Shown here piece after piece: positions 1-13,905 of a stretch of DNA of 56,276 nt. The stretch comes from Prorocentrum cordatum (Eukaryota). Location of the stretch: positions 62,001 through 118,276 of the forward strand of contig CAUYUJ010000098.1 of NCBI GenBank assembly GCA_963575745.1. Reading direction: 5' to 3'. Position 1 is the first letter of the stretch. Each line of letters starts with the position of its first letter. A model generated the notes under the pieces. It saw only the letters and a program-made list of their open reading frames with translations. It searched no databases and was not told the origin of the DNA. A program made the translations under genes and the position numbers.

Positions 1-410
1 ACGGTTTCCCTCGGGGCCGTAGGCGACCCGAGGAGGAGTAGCAGGAGGAGCAGGAGGAGCAGGAGGAGTAGGAGGAGGGAGGAGAAGGGAGGAGGAGGAG
101 GAGGAGGAGGAGGAGGAGGAGGAGGAGGAGGAGGAGGACGGGTCGCCTAAGCCCTTCGGAGAACCCTCCACCTGAGCCTATGCCCCCTTGACGTCGCCCC
201 CTCGGTTTTCTGGGCGTAGCTCGGTCTTCCGGCGGCCGTTCGGGACGATCCGGGCACCCCTGGAGCGCCCTCGGCGAGGCACGGCTGCTGGAAAGCGCCC
301 CGAGGCTGGAGAGCCGCCGAGGACCCACGAAGACGCCCGAAGACCATCGGGGACTTCGAACCTCGAAGGGTGCCCGGGGTCCTCGGCGGGAGGGAGCCCC
401 CGCCGTTTGG

Positions 411-585
411 CATGGGGCAGACGGGTCCCGAGAGAAACGGGACCTGGACCCCGAGACCTCCCCCGAGACGAGTTCTTCATCCTGGGTCGCTCCCAGACAG
501 TCCTGGGGCCCGAGGAGGGCTCCGAGGCCCGCAAAACTGCAAGATGCCGCGGGACCCGTTTTTCTCAGGACCCGGTTCCCCCGTG
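411..585. mobile_element. MITE-like inverted-repeat element (second copy about 49908-50068)
   Basis: Imperfect ~30-bp terminal inverted repeats; shared core GACGAGTTCTTCATCCTG(G/A)GTCG in both copies. Confidence 0.55.
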
Positions 586-605
586 GCGAGCAGTGGAGCC
601 TGTGC

Positions 606-690
606 CGAGCCCTGCTGCCGGTCCCCGAACGTCTCGAAGAAACGCCGTAGGAGCCGCGGCGCCAGGTCGCTGGCGCTGAAGGGTCCGAGC
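606..690 (-). CDS. Exon 9 (of those in window) of CDPK-like kinase gene: (L)LGPFSASDLAPRLLRRFFETFGDRQQGS
   Basis: Acceptor ctgag|G at 691-692; phase fits exon 3170-3219 (CT+G=Leu); GC3-rich codons; probable GC donor at 605 (3' end less certain because the next exon was not found). Confidence 0.75.
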
Positions 691-2273
691 CTCAGCCGCA
701 CGGGCCGCGCTCCAGCGGAAGGCCGACGAGAGCCCCTTCGAAAGGTACCCCTCGCCGTCCTCGTCCTCGTCCTTGCCCTCGTCTGCCGTCCTCGTCCTCG
801 TCCTCGGCCTCGTCCGCCGTCCCCGTCCTCGTCGTTTTTGTTTACGTGCTGCTGAATTTACGGCAACACGACAAACATTCCTCCGTTTTGCGTGGCGCTG
901 CCTGGACAGAGGCGGGGGGGCTGTTGGCCATAACCGCAGCAGGGGCAAAAAGGAATCTGCCGACCCTTCGGCGTGTGTGAGTCGCTGTCGTCGTCTTCGT
1001 CGTCGTCGTCGCCAGTTCTGAGAATAAGAAAACGAACAGAGAAAATCATCGTCGTGGTTACATCGGTTCCTTTCCCATTTTCCCCTCCCTGACAGGGGTG
1101 GGTACAGGGTGGTGAGGGGGGGTAGGGGCGGGCGTGCAAGAGGGGGTCCTGGGTCAGATTGTCCCTGGTCCCCCTGTAGACAGGGAGGAGGGGGGGGTCC
1201 CCCCTTGTGAAAAGGGATCTTGGGGGGAATGGGAGGCTGAGGGAGGTCCCGCCTATGGTGGTCCCAGGTCAGCACATCACCCCCCCCAAGGGTCTCAGCG
1301 GGTCCTGGGAGGGGTCGCCAGCGGGTGTCCCGGGGGAGCGTGCACATCGCCACACCTCCCCATAACCAGGGGTCCCCCTCTCGGCCCCTGCATGACCAGG
1401 CGGCCCCGACTAGAGCTGGCCGGCCTTCCCGAGGGACTCTTTCAGCAGGCGGAGCAGCTGTGCACCTCCCCCTTCGCAGGCGGAACGGGTCGCGCCCGCA
1501 CAGAACTTCTGCTCCGCCTCCCTCCCTCCTCCCGTCTAGTAATCCAGACCCCCGACGTCGTGAGTTTTCCACACAACGTCGACCCCCAGAGGCCTGGACC
1601 CTTTTTTCTTGTTTCGTTGCGCGCCAGGAGACTGCACCACATTGGAGAGCCAGCTTTCGGCGGCGAGCAAGGGCACCAGCCCCACGTAAAAAAGGGAAGA
1701 AGTACGGATCGACCACCTCACCAAAACAACGGCGTGGGTGCCAGGAGCGTCTCGCTCACGACTCTCGCAATGACCGGGCCCCTTCCCCAGGACTGGTATC
1801 TCATGCCCGGACCTTTCTTGCTGGTCCCGAGGCTTGGGTAAGGGCCCCCCGGAATCCGAAAGTAGCAAAACACCCCCCGTCGTGATCTCTTCACGACGCG
1901 AGGGGGCCTCCCTCCCTGTCCCCCTCCAGTTCCTCGCCCCCTCCTCCCGCTGGGCATGCACCGTGCTCCCGGGCGCTTCCCCTGGGGTGCCTTGCAAAGG
2001 GGAGCCCCCCCCTTGCCGGCCAGCCCCCGGGTCGGACTGCCCAGCTGCCCCGTGGCGCCCCCGGAGGCCCACCAACGCATGCCCCCTGCAGGCGAGGCGC
2101 TGAAGCAAGGACCACTCTGGGCTCAGACTGGGCGCGCTGTTCCTTGAGTTCCTCCATGGTTGCTCCTTTTTATCGGTCCTGGTGCACCCGGGCGCTTCTG
2201 GGGCCCCGGAAAGGGGGCCGTCGTTCCTTGTTTGGCGTTCTTTTTGGTAACGCCTCGACTGCACGGCGCGATA

Positions 2274-2453
2274 CAGTCGGAGTCGGACCTGGGCCAGAAC
2301 AGCATCCTTCAAGAACATGAGACCCCCAGTCGGCGAAAACAAGCAGAACATCCAAGGGTGCCCTCCCCAGGGTGCGCAAGAACCTTCATCAAGCACGAAG
2401 AACGTTCGGATACCTCGCCGGATCGACCTCGATTGTATACCTCGGTCCGACTG
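2274..2453. mobile_element. Tc1/mariner-type MITE
   Basis: TA-CAGTCGGA...TCCGACTG-TA. Confidence 0.5.
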
Positions 2454-3169
2454 TAACTGCAGTCGAATGGTTCCCTCTGGAGGAGCAACTGCGGCATTCC
2501 CGCCCAACCCATACCCGCCTGAAATCTGTCAATGGCCCCTTCCCGGGTTCCATCCCGATCCGCTATTCGAAGCGGGTCCAGCCGCGGGTGGCGGCAAGAC
2601 CCTCATGGGGGCCAGAACAGGGTGACCACTTGAAGGGGCACAGGAGCACACATGAATACACACAATTCCAAGGATTCTTAATAGTTTAAATGTTTCCTGG
2701 ATGGTCGTCCTCCCCCACTTTCTCAAATATTCAAAATTTTCCCTGGGGGTCGACGATCATAAGTGTCTGTGTTTTTTCTTCCTGCCGCGGACGGAGCCGT
2801 TGCCTCGGCTGGCCTTTCGCCGACCTTTCCCTTCTCATCCGCCCTCCTGCCCGCCAGGGGAGGAGGGGGAGGGGGGGGGATGAGAGGGCGGGTGGGGAAG
2901 GGGGGGGAAGGGCGAGAGGAGGGAAAGAGGAGGGGGCGAGAGGAGGGGGGGGAGGGGGAAGCGAACGGTGGGGGAGGAAGAGGGAGAGATGCGCGGAAAA
3001 AGGATGGGGGCGATAGGGTGGAGGGGGAGGGCAAGAGGATGGCGGCGCGGAAAAAAGAGAGGAGGCGGGGAAAAGGAGGGGGGGTGAGGAAGAGGGAGGG
3101 GGGAAGAGGAGGGGGGGGTAGCAATGGGGGCGGGGGAATGCGACGGCTGGGCACGGCTCAGGGCGGGAC

Positions 3170-3219
3170 AGCGGCTGACTGGTGGGGCCGGCGCCGAAGA
3201 ACTCTCGCACGACCAGGTC
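3170..3219 (-). CDS. Exon 8 of CDPK-like gene: DLVVREFFGAGPTSQP(L)
   Basis: ggcag|GAC acceptor, CT|gt donor; in phase with flanking exons. Confidence 0.75.
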
Positions 3220-3232
3220 CTGCCGGCGCCGC

Positions 3233-3645
3233 TCCTCCTACCTCCTCCTCCACCTCCTTCCCTGCCTTCCCTCCCTCCCTCCCTGCCTCCTCCTCCTGCA
3301 CCTCCTCCCTCTCTCTCCTCACTCCTCCCTCCCCCCTCCTCCCTCCTCCCTCCTCCGCCCTCCCTCCTCCCTCCTCCGCCCTCCCTCCTCCCTCCTCCCT
3401 CCTCCTCCTCCTCCTCCTCCTCCTCCTCCTCCTCCTCTCCTCCTCCTCCTCCTCCTCCTCCTCCGTCCTCCGTCTTCCCGTCTTCCTTCCTCCCTCCTCC
3501 ACCCCCCTTCCTCCTCCTCCTCCCCCCCTCCCCTCCTCCTCCTCCTCCTCCTCCTCCTCCTCCTCCTCGCCTCCTCCTCCTCCTCTCTCCTCCTCCTCCT
3601 CCTCCTCCTCCTCCTCCTCCTCCTCCTCCTCCTCCTCCTCCTCCT
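3233..3645. repeat. (CCT)n/(GGA)n microsatellite; many more at e.g. 32-138, 4135-4495, 23617-23855, 32420-32740, 44905-45210
   Basis: Direct inspection. Confidence 0.95.
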
Positions 3646-4817
3646 GCTCCTGGCAGCGGCGCGGGTTCGCGGCTCGCCGGTGCTCGGTGGTCGGTAGCCG
3701 GCAAACACCTCCGCCGCCCCCAAAAAACTGGCCAGCTCCCCTGGGGTGGCCGAGTGTCAGAGACAGCGGGGCCCCCAAGGGGGAAGGGTCTGCTGGCTGG
3801 GGCCCCTAGCTTCCGCTACGCGGGAGCACGGCGGGCAGCTGCACGAACCAGTAGGGCAGCGCCGTGAGCCCCCCAGCGGCCAGCCCGCCAGCCGACGTCG
3901 CCGCGCTGGCCGCCGCCGCCGCCCAGCTCTTCAGCGGCGCCGTGGGCCCGCCAACTCGCCGTGGGGTCCGTGGACCTTGCGTACGTCCCTTCGGCCTCCC
4001 CCTTCTCCTGTTCAAGCCTCGTGCCCCCTCCGTCTTTCTGTCGCGTTCCTCTCCCCCTCCCCCTCCCCGCTCCCCTGTCTTTCCGTTCTTCCCCCCTCTC
4101 TCTGTCCCTTTTCTTATCCTCCTACTCTTCCTGCTTCTCTTTTCTTCCTCCTCCTCCACCTCCTCCACCTCCTTCTCCTCCTCCTCCTCCTCCTCCTCCT
4201 CCTCCTCCTCCTCCCCCTCCTCTTCCTCCTCCTCCTCCTCCTCCTCCTCCGCCCCCTCCTCCTCCTCCTCCTCCTCCTCCTCCTCCTCCTCCTCCTCCTC
4301 CTCCTCCTCCTCCTCCTCCCTCCTCCTCCTCCTCCTCCTCCTCCTCCTCCTCCTCCTCCTCTCCTCCTCCTCCTCCCCTCCTCCTTCCTCCTCCTCCTCC
4401 TCCTCCTCCTTTCTCCTCCTCCTCCTCCTCCTCCTCCTCCTCCTCCTCCTGCCCCTCCTCCTCCTCCTCCTCCTCCTCCTGCTCCTCCTCCTCTTGCTCG
4501 CACTAATCCTCATCATCGATGTCCTCCAAGGCCACCTCGTGCTCTTCCACATCGTGCCGTGCTTCTGAAACCATCGTGTCGTCCGAAACGAAACCATGGC
4601 CGGCCCTTGCTCCCCCCAACCTCTCAACGCGACAGGCGGCTCGAAATCCGTCACATTGATGCAGCATGGAAAAGGGGTTGGATGAGGAGGGGGAGAAGGG
4701 GGAGGAGGAGGAGAAGGAGGAGGAGGAGGAAGAGGAGGAGGAGGAGGAGGAGGAGGAGGAGGAGGAGCAGGGGGAGGAGGAGGAGGAGAGAAGCCCCAAT
4801 CATAATCTTTTTGTTGG

Positions 4818-5018
4818 GCTGTGGAGCTATAGGGCTATAGGGCTATGGGGCTATAGAGGGGCTATAGGGCTAGAAGGCTAGAGGGCTAGAGGGCCAGAGG
4901 GCTAGGAAGCTATAGGGCTATAGGGCTATAGGGCTATAAGGCTGTGGGGTTGTTGGGCTCTTGGGCTATAGGGCTATAGGGCTGTAAGACTATATGGCTA
5001 TAGGGCTATAAGGCTATG
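4818..5018. repeat. Degenerate (GGGCTATA)n octamer repeat
   Basis: Visible 8-nt periodicity. Confidence 0.85.
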
Positions 5019-5200
5019 TGGCACCCGGGCACCCGGGCGGGCCGCCGAAATCGGCGACGCAGCTCCTGGGAGCCCGGGCTCCCGGGCGGGCCGCCAAAAT
5101 CGGCGGCGCAGCTAACCTCACCATATTAATCCGCTAGGACCCCTACAGAGGCAAGCGAGAATTATAACAAAACCAAAAGGCCCCTCACGGCCCTGCCCTC

Positions 5201-5263
5201 CGCAACGGCCAACGCGCACAAGTCGAGGGTGTCCGTCTTGGCCACGTCTATGATGTTCAAGGC
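5201..5263 (-). CDS. Exon 7 of CDPK-like gene: ALNIIDVAKTDTLDLCALAVA (degenerate EF-hand)
   Basis: ttatag|GCC acceptor, GCG|ga non-canonical donor; 63 nt, phase 0-0. Confidence 0.75.
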
Positions 5264-7683
5264 CTATAAGGGGGCAGCCCATCTACGACGAGGAACGCGC
5301 AGGGGGAGGGCGCGGACGAGACGAGGATCGAAAGTGTGCCAATGAAGTGTGACACGTGCGATGTCTGCCCGACCAACGCCCGTGAGCTGTCCCGTGCATC
5401 ATTGAGAATTTGATGCTGCGCCCCCTGACTATCCTCAACATGTGTGGGACATGTGTCGATTCAACCTGCCACGCTACGTCGGTCCATATAGTCTAACCCG
5501 TGCTGCTGCTGCAATCACCAACGTTGGATACGCGCGCCGATCATTTCTTCTACCCCCTTCTCTTGATCCTGCGGCTGCTCCTTCTTTCCGCCCCTGCCTG
5601 TCCGCAGCCGTCTGCCGTGCGCCTGCTTCTCGCTCTCCTTGTCGTCAACTTGCTCTCCTGCTCCCTTCCCTCCACTGCTCCTTCCTCCACCTGCTGACCG
5701 CCATGACAGCCTGGGAGCAATGCCTGTCACGGGGAAGATGAAGAATGGGAGGAGGGGGCGGGACGACCAGGCAACATAGGTGCGGAGTCGTCGCGACGTG
5801 CAGACGCAATCACATATAGATACGCACGCTTGTGGGGCCGCACGGATACAGTACCCCTGGGTGCAATCCCAGCGTACCCTCTACTCCTCGTCCTCCTTCT
5901 TCCCACATCCTCCCCGTTTCCTCCTCTTGTTTGTAACAAGCCTGGGCAGACTTGACCGCGGCAAGCGTCCCCAATCACATATGTGGTTGGCCCTCGTCGG
6001 AAGGGGGAATACGGACCAGACGTGTAGAACGGATCGGACTCAACGGAGGGCTGTGACCATGCAGAGCCAGCCTGGGGGGGCACAACGACTCCAGATCGGA
6101 ACGCGCTCTTGAATTATGAGGCATGGATGCGTGTGAATGATGTCGAAGCTTCTGGGACACCACTCAACTTGTTAGAGTTGCAGAAGATCTGTTGCCCGAT
6201 GGCAGTATGGTCTTCGCTGCCTTTGGACATAGCTGGGGGGGGAAGGCTGATTGCCACAAGTGCCACACATACTCCAGGAGGCCGGAAACGGGGATCACTG
6301 CGGCAGGCTGCACATGCTCGCTTCTATTTGCGATCGATCGGTTCTTATCGTTCCTCGCCCCAAGGTCTACTCAAGAGGCTACGTGTAGAACAATCAGATG
6401 TGACAGAGAGTTGCGAGTATCAGCGTCGAGCCCCCGTTGAAACCATCAGCATGAGCGATGTGTAGGCGTGAATGAATGATTAGGTACCCCCAATGGGGCG
6501 CGAATGCCCACGAATTGTGATGAGCGCGCAACGACTAACCTTAAGCTGCCTGCAATCGTCCCCAGGGGGAGCGGCAGCGTGTCATCCCACATGCAGAACA
6601 CACTTGCAACATAAACTTGCTCAAATGCCATCGATGACCTCTGCTGTATTTTTGTTTGGGAACGTTCCAGGAAGGTCCCACCGCCTTGCGTGCAGATGCG
6701 CGCACCTTCACTCACAAGAGCATGACTATCAATAACATGTCTAAGTGATTGAGCTTATTGCTGTTACTACTTCTCCCTCTCCTCCTCCTCCTCCTCCTCC
6801 TCCTCCTCCTCCTCCTCCCTGCTCCCTCCCCCTTCTCATCCTCCTGCCTCTCTTCCCTCCGCCTCCCCCTCCTGCTACTCCTCCTCACCCCGACTACCTA
6901 CAACCATTCCTAACTCCTCACGTAATCCACGTATCTCCCCGTCGGGCATGTACGAATTGACTCCTCCTCCACGTCCTCCTGCTCCCCCTCCTCTTCTGTC
7001 TTCCTGTTAACTCCTTCCTAGTCCCTCCTCCTCTCGCATGAAGGTCAGACCTCCCTCCTCGTTATCATGTACCTCACCCATCTTCTAGACTTCTAGAACA
7101 GGGGAAGACGTGACGACCCGCGCCAAAGGAGGACCAAGCGTTCCAGCCCATCCGAACCATTGGTGTGCGTGGAATTCTGCCCACCAAAGTCAACGCGTCC
7201 CAGGCATCCTGGAGGAAAGGGAGAAGGTAAAGAGGGAAAAGAAGGAGAAGGGGATGGAGAAGCAGAAGGAGAATGATAAGGAGGAGGAGGATCAGGTGAT
7301 GGAGAAATGGAAGAAGGAGAAGGGAGATGGATGGAGGGGGGAATGAAGGGGAAGGGGTGTCGGTGGCGGTGGGGAGCAGGACGAGGTCCCCCCCTTTCCA
7401 AGAGAGAACGTGGCTACAGCGTGGTCGCAGTGTGAGGTATCACTTTCGAGAGGCGCAGTGCAGCCAGCGCAGGGACAAGACATCATTCGACAAATGATCA
7501 GGCCATCAACTGGCGAATAACGTGGGGGAACGGGGGTAGGGCTGGCATGCCGGGCCTCTTGCCCAGAATCCCAGCCGCCTGAGATGCTTTACCAGATACA
7601 AGCCTTAAACCAATCATGTCTTATTGTTGCTGCGCAGAGCTGTGTAACGCCGAAAGGCGACGGAGGAAGGCAGACTGCAGGGC

Positions 7684-7726
7684 CGGAATGACAGCTTCGA
7701 CCAGGTTGCAGCGGCTCAGCAGGATC
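7684..7726 (-). CDS. Exon 6 of CDPK-like gene: (R)ILLSRCNLVEAVIP
   Basis: ggcag|G acceptor, CCG|gc donor; completes the AG+G Arg codon from the previous exon. Confidence 0.75.
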
Positions 7727-8494
7727 CTGCCGCCGCGCCAGTGGCAAGCTGCAAGAGGACTCCGAGAGCGGAGTGGACTCAGATATAGAACTGCTGCTTG
7801 TGTCATGTATCCGAAGGTGGCGCGGAGGGTTGGCGGGGCACTGCTCGGGATGGTTGTGGGAGGGAGGAGAAGAATAGAGAAGGAGGAATGATACACAACC
7901 AAAAAAGGGATGGGATGGGAGAACGGATACGGGATGCGGAAATAAGGACATGATGCTGAACAGAAATGCGGCGGAAAGGGGCGACCTCTGCCTCTCCTTA
8001 TCTTTCTCGGTTTTTTGTTTCCTCTCTCTCTCTCTCTCTTTCTGAGAGAACGCGTTGCGTGGACGCTTGGCTGGGAAAACACCTTGACATGTTGGGACCT
8101 CCGCCCCCCCCTTCCCCACAACATTGAACGCCCCTGGAGAAGCTGGCGTGGCGCCCCCCTCCCCCTGGACACTGGCCTCCCTGACCGACGGCTCCCTTCC
8201 CCCCATGGTGGCGGGAGCCCCCAGGGTGGCGGGGGGGATCATACCTGGAAGCCCCCCCCCAAGAAAAAAATGCAAAAGGGGGGATTCGAACCGGGGGGGC
8301 CTCCTGCCCCCCGAGTTGCAGGGGGGGGGGGGGTCAGGGGTCGTGGGGGGGTTCGAGCCGGCGGGGGGCCCCCCCTCACCTGAGTTGCAAAGGGGAGGGG
8401 GGGGTTCGAACCAGGCCCTTTTCCCCCCTCCTGTGCGCGTCGTCGTCGCTGGTCGCCTGTCGCCTGTCGCCGTCTCCCCCCCTGTGCGCGTGGT

Positions 8495-8915
<421 letters not shown>

Positions 8916-10802
8916 CGTCGAACCGGGAGGGCCACCCCCCCGGTTCGAACCCCGTCACCCCCGGCAACTCGGGGGGTGGGGGGGGGCTCGCTTTGTGCGC
9001 GCGGGGTGCTGCCAGGCCGGGTATGGTGTCAAAACTGTGTACGTCAGTTTGTCGCAGGGGCGGACATGCGAACAGTTATAACCGCCAGTTTTTCAGAGGG
9101 CCAACGGTGTCCTGGTCAGCGCGTCTGCTGTGTGGTGCGTGAGGCATGGCGTAGCGGGGCGCCGTGCCACCCAATTCGTACGTCACGGAGTTGGTGCGCC
9201 GACGTAGGACTAATTGACAGAGAAGCGAGCCTAGAGCGAAGAGTGACGGGAACGACTGAAAGCCCGCGCGTCATTCGCCCGCCTCCCTTGGGAACCGGTT
9301 CCCAAGTGGAGCGACCCCGCCCCTTGGGTTCCAGTTTCCGTTGCGAGCGCTCCGTAACCACTTTGGCCAAAGATCCGAGGAACAAAAAAACATCCTTCCC
9401 TCCTCTCCCCCAATGCCTGAGCATCCCCTCCCACCGCAACGTCGGCCATGGAACCACCGTGGCGGGAGAAGCAACGCCTCTCGGGATGGATTCTGGGATA
9501 CGCGTGTGATCTTGACGATCGAAAGGCTCCTGAACGGCGCCCTGGGCCTCCCGGGAAGGGTCCCAATCAGATAGCCAGTACCTCGAGAAGTATAGCCCTG
9601 GAGGACATCATCGAAACGGACGTTCTGTCCGAGATCAGCGGCGATTGAACCATGATTCTTTTTTCCCTGATGTATGATAGCGGGCTGGTGGTAGCGTGCC
9701 CGGGATGACAATCGATGACACATCACGTCCAGTACTGCCACCACATGCATCCGCAATGTGATCGCCACAAGGTGAAACACACAAGGCACGGACATGCTTA
9801 GAGATTCTGCTACTGCTTAGGAGAACACTCTCCCACCAAAGTGTGGCGACGATTGAAACATGAATGATCGTATGATGTATTCTGCGCGCCCGTATATGGA
9901 CCAGCATCCGCTGGCACTCACGAGCACTTCGACCCCGCAGCCCCTGGACACGTGAACGTTGTCGTATTCGGCGTTTCGACATTGAGAGGAAGGGGGGGGA
10001 GGGTGGGGGTCTGGCTTCGGACATCTGCTTGATGCAACTGTTTGCGACAGTGCGTCCTGTGGGGGAGGCTCCACCTTCTCGAAACAGGCGCCATAAAAAG
10101 GCAAAATCTTCTGCATAGGGGGGGGAGGGGGTGCGAGGGCCCGCGCCGATCGGCAAAACAATGAATAAGAAAACGAACATCAGAAGGAAGAGCGGCCCCC
10201 CTTGTTCTTGAGCAGGGACCGGCCGTCCCAGCATTCCTAAAGGCCTACCACGACATGTTCTTAGAACCCAGAAATGTTTTAAGAACCGAGGCGAGGTTCT
10301 TAGACCACCAATCCGATGTCGTAAAGCAAGACAGTCCCAGCCAGAAATGCTCTAAGAGCATCTCGTGCAGACCAAGAACAGCTCTTAGAACATGCTTTGG
10401 TGGGCCTGTACAGTAGGGGCATTGACCTAAGGAACCCTAAATAAGGAACTAGGCCTCTTTTTTCCATAAGTTCAACTTCGATTTTCACATCGAAAACATC
10501 AGGAAATCCTGAGGCAAGCTGCGAAACAATCAAGGAACACGGAGCCCCTCCCTAACGAAAAGGGCTCCTTCTTCAGGGCCCCGACTGTAGGGAAGCCAGG
10601 CCGCTTCGCCACTGCTCGATGACCGAACCCCCCCCATTCCTTGTACAGAGGGGGGGAGCCCTCCCCGGCTCCAGCCCCCCCCCCCTCGCTTGCAACTCAG
10701 AGGGGAGGGGCCTCCTCGTCTTGAGGGGGGGGGCGCCCCCACGGGGTTCGACCGGCCTGCATCTCAGGGTGCCCCCCCCCTGGTTCGACCTCCCCCCTTC
10801 CC

Positions 10803-10836
<34 letters not shown>

Positions 10837-11458
10837 CTCTCTCTCTCTCTCTCTCACTCCATCGCCAAGGTCCTCCGTCCTCCTCCTTTTTTGACGATGT
10901 TCGGACCTGAAGGGCAATCTTGTGGCGTCCATCGTCCTTCTCCTCCTCCTCCTCCTCTCATCCTCTTTCTCCTTCTCCCCTTGCAGCTCAAGCTGCTGGC
11001 GGAGCGCCTCCAGATCCAGTCAAAGAGCGGAGGCTGAGGGTGAGGAGAAGCAGCAAAATGATACTTGACCGCGCGCGTCTGATCACCAAAGGCCTCCAAA
11101 CGATGTGTAAACACGCGATGCATCTAGCGCATCACTGCGTACGAGTTCGAAACATGAGCCGTGAATGTGGAAATCAAGTGCTAGATGCCTCGGGTGCGCC
11201 GACGAGAGGGGGCCCAGGAAGAGGGGGTTGGCGCAGCATTGCTCGACGCATGTGCGCGCACGAGGCTCGAGGGGGAAGCTCCAGAGGGTGCATTGAACGA
11301 AGGAGGAACCGTGGAACCAGGATGATAACATGGCCCTGGCCATGATATCCATACCCCCATAGATCTGAGCCCTTCGTCGATGCCGCCAAATGTCGTTGAC
11401 GACTGGTGGGGCCATGACGTTCGGTCGAGGCGCGACCCGGGGCTGGACGCGTCAACTC

Positions 11459-11527
11459 CTGTGGCCCACCGCGCGCGGAACAAAACCGTCGCCGTCGGTG
11501 TCGGCCTGCTGGAAGGCCATCCGCAAC
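11459..11527 (-). CDS. Exon 5 of CDPK-like gene: (R)LRMAFQQADTDGDGFVPRAVGH(R), EF-hand
   Basis: gccag|G acceptor; F-x-x-x-DxDGDGFV EF-hand loop; AG|ga donor gives the correct phase to exon 7684-7726. Confidence 0.8.
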
Positions 11528-11771
11528 CTGGCGCGTCGCAATATTGCACGCGACGAATTCACGTCTTGATGACTTCGGCGCTGGTTTCCGGAGCCATGTA
11601 CTCATCCCACGCCTACCTGATCAAGTGCAGCAGGGGGCGATCATCGGGATGGAACTGGCGAGCACGCCAAGCGGAGAGTCGACGCCATAATGGGACCAGA
11701 CATGCGGCGGGTTCGTGCTGTGACGACATGCGCGTTGGTCTCTGACACCGGGTGGGTCGTTCAATCTTGAG

Positions 11772-11941
11772 CGTCAACCCGTATAATAAGGACGCACGAT
11801 AAGGATGCCAGGCCCTTGGAAGGCCATGTCAACACTCTGCGAGCGCGGGGCGGCCAGCGAAAGCGGCCAGGGACGGGCCGAAGAGGAAGGATGCAGGGGC
11901 AACCTTGGAACGTTGCTAATCTTTACTATGCGGGTTGACTG
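11772..11941. mobile_element. MITE family 1 (~170 bp); other copies 28333-28503, 33016-33187, 33281-33393 (partial), 34307-34477
   Basis: TIR CAGTCAACCCG..CGGGTTGACTG; shared core AAGGCCAT...GCGGCCAGCGAAA; CAGT termini and TA flanks suggest Tc1/mariner. Confidence 0.75.
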
Positions 11942-12387
11942 CAGCGCAGATCGCTGGATGTCGGCAGACTCCAGGCCACTGGCGTTAGGTCGGGAACGTC
12001 CTCACTCATACTGGCGGATGTTGTGCGAACGTAGACAACATACTTCAAACATATTTTAAACATAGAAAACCATAAAAGCATCGGTCCATCTTACTTTTTG
12101 GAAAGCGCGCCGCTGGATAACCCCAAGGGGGGGGGGGGGACCACTGTCCCCCGCCCCCTTTTCCCGATCCGTCGTCGGGACCCCCCTCCCTTTCCCAGTC
12201 CGTCGTCGGGGACCCTCCACTCCTACCCCTTCAAAGGTGGGGGGTGGTCCGAACCCCCCACCCCCCCCCGCCCCCTTGAGGTCGAAATTGCACCCCCCCA
12301 TCCCCTCTTTTCGCCACGCCGCCCTAACCCTGATCCTCACCCTTACCCCAGACCCTTAACCCAATCCCTAACCCCAGCCCAAACAGC

Positions 12388-13905
12388 ACTCGATACTCAC
12401 TACTCACTAATTACCCACTACCCACTACTCACTACTCACTGCTTCCTACTCTCAACTCCCTACTCGCTACTCACTACCTCACTGCTCACAACTCACTACT
12501 CATTGCCCAATATTCACTACTCACTACGCAGTACTGACTATAACACTATCCACTACCCACTTCTCATTACTCCCTACCCACTACTCATTACTCAGTACTC
12601 ATTACGCATTGCTCTCTACTCGCTACTTCATACACAACACTCACTACTCACTACGCACAACTCACTACTCGCTACTCCCTACTCGGCACTCGCTACCCAA
12701 TACTCACTACGCACCACCCACTACTCACTATTTACTACTCCCTACTCTGTACTCCCTAATTACTAAGGCCTCCTAGATGGGGTCCGATTAGATGGGGTCG
12801 GAGGATCGCGTCGCATCGCCGATGCATCGGCGATACATAAGCGACGCATCTGCGATGCACCGGCCGGCGACGTGGGCGATGCATCGGCGACGTCGGCGTG
12901 GAGGGAATCGGGCTCCACATCGAGCCGCATCGCCGATGCATCGGCGATGCGGCACGATCCTCCGACCTCATCTACTCCGACACCATCTAGAAGGCCTAGA
13001 ATGCTACACTCTACTCACTAATCACTACTCCCTACTTATTACTCACTATTCACTATTCACTACTCACTACTCGCTACTCCCTACTCACTACTCGATACTC
13101 AATACTCCCTATTCACCACCCACTACGTACGACTCACCATTCACCACTCACTACTCACAAATCGAAAGTCCCCACTCACTAGACACTAGCCACTACGTAC
13201 TGCTCACCACTCACTACTCACCACTCACCACTCACTACTCACGAGTCACACTACCCACTACTCGCTGCCCATTTCTCCCATCTCATTACACACTAGTCGC
13301 TACTCCCTACTCACTACTCGCTGCTAATTACTCACTACCTGCAACGCCCTACTCGCTACTCCTTACTCGCTACAATATACTGGCTTCTTAGTACTCTCTA
13401 CTCGCAACCCCCTACTCGCTACCCATTTCTCACTACCCACTGCCCACTGCCCACTACACACCACTCACTACTCACTACTGACTACGCACTACTCACTGCT
13501 TGCTCACTGACCTCTACTCCCCACTCACTATTCGCCACTCACTACTCACTACTCTCTTTTCACGTTTCACCACTCACTACTCTCCACTCGCACTACTCAC
13601 TACGCACTACCCACTACTTATTATTCACTACCCTCCACCGACTACTCACTACCCACTACTCACTACTCAGTGCTCCCTACTCCCTAGTCGGTAACCGCTA
13701 CACATTCCTCACTACTCACTACTCAGGACTCACTACTCGCTACTCGCTACTCACTACTCACTACTTCCTACTGATTGCTCACTATTCACCACTACCTACT
13801 CACTTCTACACACTACTCAGTACTGGTTACCCACTACTCACTATTCACTAATCACTATTCGTTACTCTCTACTCACTACTCGCTGTTCCCTACTCCATAC
13901 TCGCT
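12388..13905. repeat. Degenerate (CTACTCA)n heptamer satellite
   Basis: About 1.3 kb of 7-nt periodic sequence, interrupted by a MITE. Confidence 0.9.
12767..12996. mobile_element. Palindromic Tourist/PIF-like MITE; other copies about 38142-38378 and partial 25643-25758
   Basis: ~43-bp TIR GGCC..TAGATGGGGTCGGAGGATCG; TAA/TAG flanks; interrupts the heptamer satellite. Confidence 0.75.

Noticed and set aside
2723..4881. Long poly-Pro/Ser/Glu/Leu/Arg ORFs (also at 7589-9509, 23217-25976, 31841-32966, 44644-45552)
   Set aside because: Translations of trinucleotide microsatellites that are open in several frames; no domain content
10987..11032. Plus-strand exon-like LKLLAERLQIQSKSG after a pyrimidine tract
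   Set aside because: Acceptor is AG|C rather than the AG|G seen in all supported exons, and no partner exons were found
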